The notes: a model not told the origin generated them from the letters alone. 64,000 nt of DNA from Candidatus Saccharimonadales bacterium (GCA_039920385.1 JBDSDR010000004.1:20125-84124); one strand, 5' to 3'. Positions 36,095-46,374 are shown, counted from the stretch's first letter. Numbers and translations: made by a program.

Positions 36095-37342
36095 ATGGGT
36101 CACAAAAAACTCGTACTAACAAATCCTAGCGAAAAGTATCCGCAATTTCTGAAAACCGCTGCTAAAACTGGCCCCCAAGATGACCTTCATGATAAGCCGG
36201 TTTTGGTTAAGATGTCTGACAAAGACAGCCTAAAACAGCTGGAGTCTTTAATAAAAGCCAGCCCGTCGTTGGAAATTATTGATAACTACGACGAACAGTA
36301 TGCCGAACTGTTGCTAAGCAAAAATGCCCACTTGTATCGCGCTAAGTACGAAGTCCAGGTGGCTTCGATTGATAAGCTTTTAACTGAGCATTATGCCAAA
36401 AAACAGCCCTGGGAACTCGGTACCTGGGTTCACTTCCCATGGAAGAACCAACTAGTTCATATTCTGGCCCAAGAAGATTTTGAAGATCTGCGAACAATCC
36501 GTAACCGCGATCTAATTACCCCCAAGGAGCAGAAAAAACTGTTTGAATTTGAGGCAGTAGCCTTTGGCATGAGCGTCGGTAGTGCCGGTGCTTTGGCGTT
36601 AGGTATTTCCGGTATATCACGACGCCTTAAGCTGGTTGATGGAGCGGTCATTAGTGGCTCAAATCTTAACAGAATCTTAACGGGGGTATCGAGTGTCGGC
36701 AAAAGCAAGGCATTAGTTATTGCCCGACAAATATACGAGATGAACCCATATTCTACAATTGCTAATTACGACAAAGTCGATAGCAGCAATATTGGTGAAA
36801 TCTTTGAAACACCGTGGCCAGTGCAAATTGCGATTGATGAGATTGATGATATCGAGATGAAAATTAATATTCGTATCGAAGCCCGAAAGCGAAAAATACC
36901 GGTAATTATGGCTACCGAACTGGGCGATACTATCATGCTCGATGTCGAACGATTCGATCAAGAGCCTAACCGGCCACTTTTCCATAACTTAATCCCAGGT
37001 ATCGAAAAGCTAAGCGAGCAGAAGCTCGAGAACTATCGTGAATGGACTAAGCACGCCGTTAATATTATTGACCCCCAAAATATGCCATTGAGAATGCAAG
37101 AAGCGCTCCTCAAGATTGGTACCACTATTGTGACCCACCCCCAACTTGGATCGACAGTTATGATGACAGGTGGCGTGCTGGCATTTGCGGCCAAGAATAT
37201 TGCTCTTGGTAATCCCCTAAAGTCTGGAAGATATGTAATCTCACTCGAAACAGAGTTGTTAGCCGACCACCAAACCCGACACTACCGCAAAGCTCATAAA
37301 AAACACACCAAAGTTATTCACCGCGCCGTTAACTCGATGTAG
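36095..37342 (+). CDS. ThiF/MoeB/E1-like protein with a 140-aa N-terminal extension and a degenerate Gly motif
   Basis: E1 core VAFGMSVGSAGALALGISGISRRLKLVDGAVISGSNLNRI aligns to the canonical VxVVGxGGLGS...LxLxDxDxVExSNLNRQ. The GxGxxG motif is degraded. The N-terminal 140 aa are of unknown fold. Confidence 0.68.
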   Translation: MGHKKLVLTNPSEKYPQFLKTAAKTGPQDDLHDKPVLVKMSDKDSLKQLESLIKASPSLEIIDNYDEQYAELLLSKNAHLYRAKYEVQVASIDKLLTEHYAKKQPWELGTWVHFPWKNQLVHILAQEDFEDLRTIRNRDLITPKEQKKLFEFEAVAFGMSVGSAGALALGISGISRRLKLVDGAVISGSNLNRILTGVSSVGKSKALVIARQIYEMNPYSTIANYDKVDSSNIGEIFETPWPVQIAIDEIDDIEMKINIRIEARKRKIPVIMATELGDTIMLDVERFDQEPNRPLFHNLIPGIEKLSEQKLENYREWTKHAVNIIDPQNMPLRMQEALLKIGTTIVTHPQLGSTVMMTGGVLAFAAKNIALGNPLKSGRYVISLETELLADHQTRHYRKAHKKHTKVIHRAVNSM

Positions 37343-38303
37343 CTAAAAGGGTATCGGTGGTCACGCGTGGCGAATGAACCCGATTCTTGCTACCTTGGCC
37401 GACTCGCAAAACACTTTGCAAACGAAAATTTGTCCCCAGCATTTCTTCGATGTCTTCGTGAAAATTCGATGCCTCGACGGTAGCCGCCGAAGTCGCTTGG
37501 CTTAAGCCGAGTTTTTCGATTTGCAAAGAAACTTGCAAGTAAGCCCGGCCGGCCTTAAACCAGTATTCGGGCATGTCACCGCGGGTAGCAATGTATATAT
37601 CGGCACTGGCCGACAGCCAGCGTTTCTTTTCAAGTTTAACTTCGGCACCAACCCCAACGCCGAGTCGCATCAGATAAGGTTCGAGGACGGCCACAAAGCG
37701 CGGTATATACAAGCTGTCGACGGCAATACCACGACCCTTTTTAGACCACGGCTCGGTTAGATACTGACTTAGTTCTTTGCGAAAATTGGGAGAACTAAGC
37801 GCTAGGCTAATGCCTTGGGCGGTAAGTTGGGCAGTCTTTTGCAAACTATCCGGGTCGGTTCGAACCCAAATCCGAACATCGCCTTTGGCGTAGGCTTTCT
37901 CCATGGTGTCAGCCATTTCGGGTGTTACGTCGTAAGGGGTATAAATGCTTCGATCAGTGCAACGTTGCTTGAGTAGGTCAACTGCTTCGGCCGTGCCGGG
38001 CTTACCTTGGAGTTTTTGAAAAGTTATGTCGGTCGATTGGTTGTGGAACTTCATAGAGCGGAGCTTATAGCCCAGGTAACCGGCCGCAATAATAATTGCT
38101 TCACTAAAAATCCCCATGCTAATAATTGTCTCTCGACCGGTAGGGTCACCATCGCCAAGTGTAAAGTCGGGATCAAGCTTAATATGAATCGTTTGATCTT
38201 TGACGGTTACTTCCCAGGGCTGGGTATTATGAACCGAAGGCGCCAAGCGGGCAATTTCTAGAATATTTTTAATGTTGCTATTAAGCCCTGAAGTATCGTT
38301 CAT
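37329..38303 (-). CDS. nitroreductase-family protein, two-domain (Acg/SagB-type length)
   Basis: LEIARLAPSVHNTQPWEVTV is the classic nitroreductase FMN-binding N-terminal motif. 324 aa suggests a tandem or extended nitroreductase fold. 14-nt convergent overlap with the E1-like gene. Confidence 0.78.
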   Translation of the reverse strand: MNDTSGLNSNIKNILEIARLAPSVHNTQPWEVTVKDQTIHIKLDPDFTLGDGDPTGRETIISMGIFSEAIIIAAGYLGYKLRSMKFHNQSTDITFQKLQGKPGTAEAVDLLKQRCTDRSIYTPYDVTPEMADTMEKAYAKGDVRIWVRTDPDSLQKTAQLTAQGISLALSSPNFRKELSQYLTEPWSKKGRGIAVDSLYIPRFVAVLEPYLMRLGVGVGAEVKLEKKRWLSASADIYIATRGDMPEYWFKAGRAYLQVSLQIEKLGLSQATSAATVEASNFHEDIEEMLGTNFRLQSVLRVGQGSKNRVHSPRVTTDTLLATSS

Positions 38304-38398
38304 ATATCTGTATTATATATGAAATTGTAAAAATAGTGGTTCAGTAGTTCTTGTTGTATAATGTATTGCATAAAAGTATTTAAAACAGACATATTAAA

Positions 38399-39472
38399 AT
38401 GACCGCAAGCCAGCCACAACTGATGCTCAGAGATTACAAAGAATTTGACGACCACGAAATGGTTATAACTATAAGCGACAAAGCAGCTGGTTTAAAAGGC
38501 TATATTGCCATCCATAACACCGCTCGTGGGCCAGCTTTGGGCGGAACGCGCATGCAAGTTTATGCTACAGAAGAGGCGGCCGCCAAAGATGTTCTTAATT
38601 TGTCCCGGGCGATGAGCTATAAGTGCGCTTTGGCTAATCTGCCTTTTGGAGGCGGCAAGGGAGTTATAATCGCCGACAATCAACAAGACCACGAGGCTGT
38701 TTTAACGGCCTACGCAAAGATGGTTGATCGCTTAAACGGTTGGTTCAAGACCGGTACCGACGTAGGTGTCACCGACGCCGAAGTTGCTATGATGGCTCGC
38801 TCAACCAAGCACATGCTTGGTGTCGTCGAGGCCGACAGGGGAGACCTTACAACTGCTAAGACTGCTGCCGCCGGAGTTTTTGCCTCGATGAAGGCAGCCC
38901 TCAATGAGCTATATGATGACGAAACTTTTACAAACCGAGTAATTGCCATAAAAGGTGTTGGCAAACTTGGAGGAGAATTGGCTCGACTGACCCACCAAGC
39001 AGGCGCCAAAGTCATGGTGGCTGATATTAACGATGCCCAGACTAAAGATTTGGTTGCAGAAATACCAGAAATTGAGGTAGTTGCCTTGGCCGACATCCAC
39101 AAACAGGAGGTCGATATTTATGCCCCATGCGCACTGGGCGCTGAATTTACCGATGAGGTTATCAACGAGTTAGCATGCAAAGCAGTAGTAGGAGGGGCCA
39201 ACAACCAATTGCCCGATCCTGGTGCTGGCGACAAACTGTTCGCCAAAGGAATTATTTACGCCCCCGATTACATTGCAAATGCCGGGGGCTTAATTTATGT
39301 GGCCGACGAACTCGAAAGTGATGGTTTTAATAAGGACCGAGTAATGCAAAGGACTAAAGCCATTCAAGAAACCCTAGCCAGTATTTTTAGCCGCTCTAAA
39401 CAAGAGAATTTACCAACATATAAAGTAGCTGACACGATTGCCCGCGAGCGTATGAAAGAAAGCCATGATTAG
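38399..39472 (+). CDS. Glu/Leu/Phe/Val-type amino-acid dehydrogenase
   Basis: Catalytic Lys region GGGKGVI. Rossmann IKGVGKLGGELA. 357 aa, like Leu/Phe dehydrogenases. Confidence 0.85.
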   Translation: MTASQPQLMLRDYKEFDDHEMVITISDKAAGLKGYIAIHNTARGPALGGTRMQVYATEEAAAKDVLNLSRAMSYKCALANLPFGGGKGVIIADNQQDHEAVLTAYAKMVDRLNGWFKTGTDVGVTDAEVAMMARSTKHMLGVVEADRGDLTTAKTAAAGVFASMKAALNELYDDETFTNRVIAIKGVGKLGGELARLTHQAGAKVMVADINDAQTKDLVAEIPEIEVVALADIHKQEVDIYAPCALGAEFTDEVINELACKAVVGGANNQLPDPGAGDKLFAKGIIYAPDYIANAGGLIYVADELESDGFNKDRVMQRTKAIQETLASIFSRSKQENLPTYKVADTIARERMKESHD

Positions 39473-40892
39473 CGATAAATCAATAAAACTATTTAAAAAA
39501 GTGGCCAAAGAAATACCGGCCTACTCGGCCTTTTTAGCCGAGCACCACCTAAAACCAGCCGACATTAGTAGTCCTAAAGACTTCTATAAAGTTCCTCTTA
39601 CTAGCAAAAAGAACTACCTTGTACCTAACGCCTTGCAGGACTTGGTTTGGAAGAACGATTTTAATAACCTGATGCTATTTTGTTCTACGTCTGGGTCCAC
39701 CGGCAAGCCATACTACTTCCCGCGTAACGAAGAGCTGAGTTTGCAGTACTCTTACGTTATCGAAGACTTCTTAAAGTATTCATCTTACGGCAAGGGCCCA
39801 ACCCTTGTCTTGATTGGTTTTGGGATGGGTGTCTGGATTGGCGGGATTATTACTTTAAGGGCTTTTGAGATTGCTGCCGCTCGTATGAACCAGCCAGTGT
39901 CAATTCTGCCAGCCGGCTACAACAAAAAAGAATTATTCAAAGCCCTCCAAGAGCTATCGCCTAATTTTGAGCAAACCGTTATTGTTGGCTATCCACCGTT
40001 TATCAAAGAATTAATAGACGAAGCTAGCCAAGCCGACCTAAATCTTGCTAAATTGCAGATTCGACTCTTGTCGGCGGCCGAAGCCTTTACCGAAACTTTC
40101 CGTAAATATGTTTGCGAAAATGGCGGCGTTCAAGACCCAATCTTAGACACCATGAATATTTATGGTACAGCCGACATTGGGGCTATGGCTTACGAAACGC
40201 CATTAAGTATTCTGGCACGACGGCTGATTATCGAGGACCCAGTACTGTTTAAAGATGTTTTTAGACAGATCGAAAAAACCCCGACGTTAGCCCAATTTAA
40301 TCCGGATTTTATTGAATTCGAAGAAGTTAATGGGGAGCTGGCCTTAACAGGTAATGCCGCCTTGCCGCTTATCCGTTACGCCGTTGGTGACCACGGTGGG
40401 GTTATTAGCTACAACGAAATGATGACTAAGCTCAAATCGTATAATATTAACCTCGAAGCAGAAGTTAAAAAGTACGGCATTGGCCATACGGTTAAAAAAC
40501 ATCCCTTTGTGTTCGTTTATGAAAGAACTGATTTTGCCGCAACCTTGCACGGCATCATCATCTACCCGGAGTTCATTAAAGAAGGTCTACTTAAGCCTAA
40601 GATGGGTCGCTACTTTACCGAGCGCTTTACAATGTCAACTAAAACCGACGTTCGACATAACCAATTTTTGCAGATAAATATTGAGCTTCAACCTGGCTTG
40701 GAAGGTTCTGAAGAAATCGAGAAAATTGCCTGTAAAGCAATTAGGACTAGTTTGATTGAGAAAAGCTCGGAATTTGCCGAAATATCTAAAAGTAAAGACA
40801 GCGATCAATTAATCCAGGTTGTTCTGTGGCCAAATGGCCATGAGCGCTACTTTGCGGCCGGCATTAAACAAAAGTGGGTAGAAAAGTCCTGA
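39465..40892 (+). CDS. adenylate-forming enzyme, phenylacetate-CoA ligase (PaaK)/F390-synthetase-like
   Basis: AMP-binding core FCSTSGSTGKPYYFP. PaaK-like size and C-terminal domain. 8-nt overlap with the dehydrogenase gene. Confidence 0.75.
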   Translation: MISDKSIKLFKKVAKEIPAYSAFLAEHHLKPADISSPKDFYKVPLTSKKNYLVPNALQDLVWKNDFNNLMLFCSTSGSTGKPYYFPRNEELSLQYSYVIEDFLKYSSYGKGPTLVLIGFGMGVWIGGIITLRAFEIAAARMNQPVSILPAGYNKKELFKALQELSPNFEQTVIVGYPPFIKELIDEASQADLNLAKLQIRLLSAAEAFTETFRKYVCENGGVQDPILDTMNIYGTADIGAMAYETPLSILARRLIIEDPVLFKDVFRQIEKTPTLAQFNPDFIEFEEVNGELALTGNAALPLIRYAVGDHGGVISYNEMMTKLKSYNINLEAEVKKYGIGHTVKKHPFVFVYERTDFAATLHGIIIYPEFIKEGLLKPKMGRYFTERFTMSTKTDVRHNQFLQINIELQPGLEGSEEIEKIACKAIRTSLIEKSSEFAEISKSKDSDQLIQVVLWPNGHERYFAAGIKQKWVEKS

Positions 40893-40937
40893 CGCTGTAC
40901 AATAAGCACTAGTACTATCTAATGCGGCGAATTATTT

Positions 40938-43097
40938 ATGATTGAACTTGGGTTACTTTGTCTAGCGAGCTTTTTAAATGTTGTGCTTGGTTTGGTGGTT
41001 TTTATGAAAAATCCCAAAAGTATTACAAATAAGCTATTTCTAATTTTGACGAGTAGTTTTGCCCTATGGTCGACCGTTAACTACATATCGGTCCACCCAA
41101 TTATCTTCCCGCAGATAATCTGGGTTCGGTTGGTCCTCTTTTTCGCATCATTTTTATGCTTAGCCGTGTACCTAACATTTAAGATCTTCCCATCTTACAA
41201 TTTGGTTGGTAGTAAATTTTGGCGACGTTCGGCAATTGGTGCGACTGCTTTTGTGATGTTTATGACGCAAACTCCCTACGTTTTCAAACTTGATTCAAAG
41301 GGCGAGCCAACTCCAGGCTTCGCCATAGCATTTTTTGCAATTGTCTCAATTGGCTTGTTGACCAGTGGCGTTGTTAACCTGGTTATAAAGTATCGCCGAG
41401 CTTCTGGTAGGGAGCGCGATCAGTTCCGAATTGTACTGGCAGGCATTGGTGGTTCGATGGGGCTTATCTTCCTGACTAACTTTTTGTTTGTCGTCTTGTT
41501 TGGCTTCACCGGCCTGATACCATTTGGGCCAACCTTTACACTGTTATTCAGTGGGTCGCTAGCTTACGCCATAATTAAACACCGCTTGTTTGATATCCGG
41601 GCAGCCACCGCTCGTGGTTTAGCCTACCTGCTATCGTTTGGAACAGTCGGCCTTATTTATGGAGTGTTTGTGCTCGGTCTCTCGACTATCATTAATCAGC
41701 ATGATTCTCTGACCTTAACGCAACGGGGTTCTTACATCGCCTTTGCTATGTTAACCGCACTGGTTTTCCCGCGGACTAAGGCTTTCTTTGATCGGATAAC
41801 TAACCGGTTCTTCTTTCGCGACGCCTATGACCCACAAAGTTTTCTGGATGATTTGAATGCAGTTCTAGTGCATAATATTGATCTCGAGACACTCTTGACC
41901 GACACGGCCGACGTATTTGTCAAAGATCTAAAAACCGAATTTGCTAGTTTTTATCTTTATAAAACCTCATATTCACCGGTAAGATTGATTGGTAAGGGTG
42001 GCGCTCATCTTAGTACCGATGGTGTCGCTAAAATAGTTGAACCTCTAAGTACCTCTAGGGATAAGGTGGTAGTGGCTGACTACCTCGAGCAAAGACATGG
42101 CGTTTTACGAACTGCGTTGAGCGATAATGATAGTGCCGCTGTAGTTAAGTTGCAGGCCCGGGTCGGTAACAAAAATGAAGTTATTGGCATGATTCTGTTT
42201 GGCGCCAAGAAAAGTGGCAACCCTTACAATAAGATGGATATTAAAATGTTTGAGATCATCTCTAACGAGCTGGTTATTGCTATTCAAAACGCGCTTCGTT
42301 TTGAAGAAATCGAACAGTTTAACATTACTCTGCAGCAAAAAGTCGACGATGCTACCTACAAACTTCGTAAGACTAACGAAAAATTACGACAAATGGATGA
42401 GACCAAAGACGACTTTATTAGTATGGCATCACACCAGCTGCGAACTCCGCTTACCTCTGTTAAGGGCTATGTTAGTATGGTGCTCGACGAAGACGCCGGT
42501 AAGATTAGCCCCCAACAGCGTAAGTTGCTGGACCAGGCCTTTATTAGTTCGCAGCGGATGGTTTACTTGATTGCCGATTTGCTGAACGTATCACGCCTCA
42601 AGACCGGTAAGTTTATCATCGATGCTAAGCCAACTAATTTGGCTGATATTGTCGAGACCGAACTAGACCAACTTAAAGAGACTGCCAAGGGTAGGGGGCT
42701 CAAGTTGGAGTATCAGCACCCCAAGAACTTCCCAAGTCTTAACCTAGACGAAACCAAGATTAGGCAAGTGATCATGAACTTTAGTGACAATGCCATCTAC
42801 TACACACCCAGCGGCGGGACAATTACTGTAGAATTAGTCGATAAGGCCGATAGTATTGAGCTGACAGTGTCGGATAACGGTATTGGTGTGCCTAAATCAG
42901 AACAACACCACCTCTTTACCAAGTTCTACCGGGCCGATAATGCTAAGAAGGCTCGCCCAGATGGTACCGGACTTGGTTTGTTCATGGCCCAGAAGGTGAT
43001 TGTTGCCCAGGGTGGTGCTCTAATATTCCATAGCGAAGAGAATAAGGGTAGTACCTTTGGCTTTAGCTTTCCCAAAGCCAAGTTGCTAGTAAAGTAA
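40938..43097 (+). CDS. membrane sensor histidine kinase (multi-TM sensor, GAF-like linker, HisKA, HATPase_c)
   Basis: About 8 N-terminal TM helices. H-box MASHQLRTPLTSVKGY. N-box NFSDNAIYYT. G-boxes DNGIGV and GTGLGL. Confidence 0.88.
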   Translation: MIELGLLCLASFLNVVLGLVVFMKNPKSITNKLFLILTSSFALWSTVNYISVHPIIFPQIIWVRLVLFFASFLCLAVYLTFKIFPSYNLVGSKFWRRSAIGATAFVMFMTQTPYVFKLDSKGEPTPGFAIAFFAIVSIGLLTSGVVNLVIKYRRASGRERDQFRIVLAGIGGSMGLIFLTNFLFVVLFGFTGLIPFGPTFTLLFSGSLAYAIIKHRLFDIRAATARGLAYLLSFGTVGLIYGVFVLGLSTIINQHDSLTLTQRGSYIAFAMLTALVFPRTKAFFDRITNRFFFRDAYDPQSFLDDLNAVLVHNIDLETLLTDTADVFVKDLKTEFASFYLYKTSYSPVRLIGKGGAHLSTDGVAKIVEPLSTSRDKVVVADYLEQRHGVLRTALSDNDSAAVVKLQARVGNKNEVIGMILFGAKKSGNPYNKMDIKMFEIISNELVIAIQNALRFEEIEQFNITLQQKVDDATYKLRKTNEKLRQMDETKDDFISMASHQLRTPLTSVKGYVSMVLDEDAGKISPQQRKLLDQAFISSQRMVYLIADLLNVSRLKTGKFIIDAKPTNLADIVETELDQLKETAKGRGLKLEYQHPKNFPSLNLDETKIRQVIMNFSDNAIYYTPSGGTITVELVDKADSIELTVSDNGIGVPKSEQHHLFTKFYRADNAKKARPDGTGLGLFMAQKVIVAQGGALIFHSEENKGSTFGFSFPKAKLLVK

Positions 43098-43209
43098 CTC
43101 CTGTAGGAAAAAGCTTGTGCTTTAGGCAACTATATGTCAGAAAGTATTGACAGGTTATGCCTTTTATGGTAAACTGCTGAGGTAATAAATCTTGTGAGGA
43201 GATTAGTAT

Positions 43210-44595
43210 ATGACACAATCTGTTAATCCTATGGAAAATCCAGTTATACAACCCGTTGAGTTTGTCCCTGCTGGCGTTCAACACTTAAACGGTGGCATTA
43301 ATGCTATCCGCGATTGGTTTGGCGAACAAAAAGAAACTTTCATTAAGTTAACTGCTGGTATCGCCGTTGGCGCTATCGCTGTGGCTGGCTGTGCTCGTCA
43401 GTCAGAAGTTGTAACGGCTGGCCCAGTCGTTAGTAAGAGCTCAGAAGCCGTTGAGCAACCTGCTCCTGATAACTTCGACACTTCAGGTGTTTTGGGAGTT
43501 ATCGAAGCTGCCCAACAGCAAGAAGAAGATCTTCAGGCTCTTAAAGAGGCCCTAACTGTCAAAACAACTGACCCTGAGCTAGAATGTGCCACTATTGTCG
43601 AAAAAGCTGGCGGTAAAACTGTTAAGCGCAAAGATGATACGCTAGTTCCTGCCCAAAGCATCGGTGCCTTTGAATCAGTTAACCCTGAGGATCCTGCTAA
43701 GCGTGCATGGTCTGATGCTATTGATACTCCTTTCCTCGCAGATCAGTCTGACAAAGACGCTCTTTTAAACGAACTTCAAGTTGAAATTTGTGAAAACCCA
43801 CTGGTTGGTGAAATGGTTGCTAATTACTTTGCGAACCTAGAAGTCGGTGGTGTTAAAGTCGTTGACCTTAACGAAGAATGGCTTAAAGACTCTGTTGGCC
43901 CAGCCGAAGACATTAATGACAAGGCCGCTCAGCGGACTCCATATATGGGTGAAGACCCACTGTCTCTTACTGATGAACAATCAGCCGAACAAGTTGATGC
44001 TAATCTTAAGTACCAACAGTTTGCACTCTACCTGAACACTATGCTTGGTCGTTTTAATAACCAAGGTAAACAAGATGGTGGCGTGACAAATATGAACTTT
44101 CATTTGGCTGGCAACGGTCTAGCGGTTGGTAAAGGTTATCCAGAAATGGAACTTAACCCCAACCAGTATGACGCCAGTGGTGAATTGGGTGTTCTGAAGT
44201 TTGATATAACTTCTAAAGGTCAAGACTACTGTATAAAGATGTTTGGCGTTAACCTAAAAGACAAGCGCATCGACGATTTCGTCTGTGAAGTCCCAGAAGT
44301 CCCAGCACCAGAAGTTGTGCCTGGTCAGCCAAACGTGCCTGGTCGCCCTAGTACACCTACAACCGGTGGAACCGGTGGTCCAAACCCAACCACTCCTGAA
44401 GGATATCCAACCACTACAGTTTGGGTAGGACCAAAGACGGCTACTACTATTGGCCAAGGTGGTTCACCAACTACTTTGGGACCAACACCAGAAGGCCCAG
44501 CTACTACTAGTACGACTGCCGCTCCTGTCACGCAACCAACCTATGTACCACCAGTTGGAAGCCCTACAACACTAACGCCTCCAGGTGAAGGTTAA
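43210..44595 (+). CDS. acidic lipoprotein with a Pro/Thr/Gly-rich C-terminal linker
   Basis: sigma70-like promoter (TTGACA..TAAACT) and GAGGAGA RBS. Lipobox AVAGC. Roughly 90-aa PT-rich low-complexity tail. Confidence 0.65.
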   Translation: MTQSVNPMENPVIQPVEFVPAGVQHLNGGINAIRDWFGEQKETFIKLTAGIAVGAIAVAGCARQSEVVTAGPVVSKSSEAVEQPAPDNFDTSGVLGVIEAAQQQEEDLQALKEALTVKTTDPELECATIVEKAGGKTVKRKDDTLVPAQSIGAFESVNPEDPAKRAWSDAIDTPFLADQSDKDALLNELQVEICENPLVGEMVANYFANLEVGGVKVVDLNEEWLKDSVGPAEDINDKAAQRTPYMGEDPLSLTDEQSAEQVDANLKYQQFALYLNTMLGRFNNQGKQDGGVTNMNFHLAGNGLAVGKGYPEMELNPNQYDASGELGVLKFDITSKGQDYCIKMFGVNLKDKRIDDFVCEVPEVPAPEVVPGQPNVPGRPSTPTTGGTGGPNPTTPEGYPTTTVWVGPKTATTIGQGGSPTTLGPTPEGPATTSTTAAPVTQPTYVPPVGSPTTLTPPGEG

Positions 44596-44618
44596 GAAGG
44601 AAGAGAAGGAGAAATAAC

Positions 44619-46271
44619 ATGTTTAAATTTATCAAGAATACTTTCAAAAAAGTTCCTAAGAAGGTTGCCGTAAGCATTGCTGTCCTCGGTGCGGTATTTG
44701 TACCAGCTACAATTGCCCTAGCTGGCTTTGGCCCAGGACGACCAACTTACGATTACAACAAGTATGACGCTTCAAAGTCTTGTACTGATCCATCGCAAGC
44801 TTATGGCCGTTGTGGTTCGCTGGATGGCCCTGTTTTCAACTCGTTTGTAAACACTCCAACCTACGGCGACGAGCGTAACTTTACGCGGATTGCTGAAGTA
44901 GTTGCTGGACAAGCTCCAACCGACGCTGATTTCCGTGAAACATCTACAGCCGTACCTGGTAAAAGTTATTGGGTGCGAACCTTCGTACACAACAACGCTA
45001 ACCAGACGACTAACGGTGTCAACATGGACGGCCCTGGTATCGCCAAGAATACTCGTGTTCGAGTCATCTTGCCGACCGGTGTTGCCAATGGCATGGATCT
45101 AGAGTCTGACATTACTGCAGACAATGCTAAGCCAGGCCGTGTTTGGGACACAGCTACACTTGCAAATGGTAGCCAAGCCTTTAGCGTTAACTACGTTCCT
45201 GGTTCAGCCACTATCTATAACGGTATCCACACAGCCGGTATGCCAATCAGTGATGCGATTGTATCAGCTGACGGTACGCCACTTGGCTACAACGCTATGA
45301 ACGGCAGTCTACCGGGCTGTTTTGACTACTCAGCTTACGTTTACGTAAAAGTTGAAGTTAAAGCTCCTCAGCTAGCCGTTAACAAGGTTGCTCGTGTTTC
45401 TGGTACAACCGAATACCAAGACAAGATTACCGCTAAGAAGTCCGACAAGATTCAGTGGAACATTGAATTCAAAAACGGTGGTAACGATGTCGCTAAAGAT
45501 GTAACTATCCGCGATACGCTTCCTAACGGTGTAACTCTAGTACCAGGTAGTATCAAGTGGACCGATGCCAACCGTAAGGATGAAGTTCTTCCTGATAACT
45601 CTCTAAACCAAGGTGGAATTAACCTCGGTAACTATGCCCCAGCAGTACGACGTAACGGTGCAGTTTCTTTTGAAACTACCATTAACAGCGACTTTAAGGG
45701 CTGTGAGCTAAAGAACGTTGCCTACGGCCGAGCTAGTAACATCCCAGAAACTAGTGATGACTCAACCGTAACTATCGAAGACTGTAACCCAGTCGTGCCA
45801 GTTTACTCATGCGATATGCTTGATGCTAAGAGCTTAGGTAACCGTAACTTCCAGTACACCCTTAAGTACACTGCGAAGAACGCCACCCTTAAAAATGTTA
45901 GTTACAACTTTGGTGATGACACAGCTCCACTGCTAACCAACAAAACTGTTGTTGAACACCAATATGCCAAGGATGGTAACTACACAACTAAAGCTGTATT
46001 GACCTTCACGGTTAATGGAAAAGATGTAGTCGTTAATGATGCTAAGTGTGCAACTACTGTTAGTAGCACAACTCCACCAGAACACTGTCCAATCCCAGGT
46101 AAAGAGAATCTACCTAAGGACAGCCCTGAGTGTAAAGTAACTCCGATTACTCCAGCTAAGACAATCTTGCCTGACACTGGTCCTGGTGACATTGCCGCTA
46201 TCTTTGCCGCAGTTAGTCTTGCTGGTACCATGGCCTACCGAGTCCTAATGACTCGTCGCCTGAACGGCTAA
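44619..46271 (+). CDS. LPxTG cell-wall-anchored surface protein with a PKD-like domain
   Basis: Signal peptide (VAVSIAVLGAVFVPATIALA). PKD-like block (YNFGDDTAPLLTNKTVVEHQYAKDGNYTTKAVLTF). C-terminal LPDTG followed by a hydrophobic stretch and RRLNG. Confidence 0.8.
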   Translation: MFKFIKNTFKKVPKKVAVSIAVLGAVFVPATIALAGFGPGRPTYDYNKYDASKSCTDPSQAYGRCGSLDGPVFNSFVNTPTYGDERNFTRIAEVVAGQAPTDADFRETSTAVPGKSYWVRTFVHNNANQTTNGVNMDGPGIAKNTRVRVILPTGVANGMDLESDITADNAKPGRVWDTATLANGSQAFSVNYVPGSATIYNGIHTAGMPISDAIVSADGTPLGYNAMNGSLPGCFDYSAYVYVKVEVKAPQLAVNKVARVSGTTEYQDKITAKKSDKIQWNIEFKNGGNDVAKDVTIRDTLPNGVTLVPGSIKWTDANRKDEVLPDNSLNQGGINLGNYAPAVRRNGAVSFETTINSDFKGCELKNVAYGRASNIPETSDDSTVTIEDCNPVVPVYSCDMLDAKSLGNRNFQYTLKYTAKNATLKNVSYNFGDDTAPLLTNKTVVEHQYAKDGNYTTKAVLTFTVNGKDVVVNDAKCATTVSSTTPPEHCPIPGKENLPKDSPECKVTPITPAKTILPDTGPGDIAAIFAAVSLAGTMAYRVLMTRRLNG

Positions 46272-46374
46272 ACAAAAACGTCCCCTGTGGACAAGTGGGC
46301 TAGTCAAAGCATAAAAATTATGCTACGATAAGTACAGAAAAGAGCATGACTGACCGCTCACTCTAAACCGAAAA

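Noticed and set aside
38710-39102. 130-aa and 63-aa minus-strand ORFs within the amino-acid dehydrogenase gene
   Set aside because: They are antisense to a gene with clear Glu/Leu/Phe/Val dehydrogenase signatures and have no independent support.
44254-44531. Pro/Gly/Val-rich minus-strand ORFs opposite the lipoprotein PT-rich linker
   Set aside because: They are a mirror-image artefact of the low-complexity Pro/Thr/Gly coding region on the plus strand.
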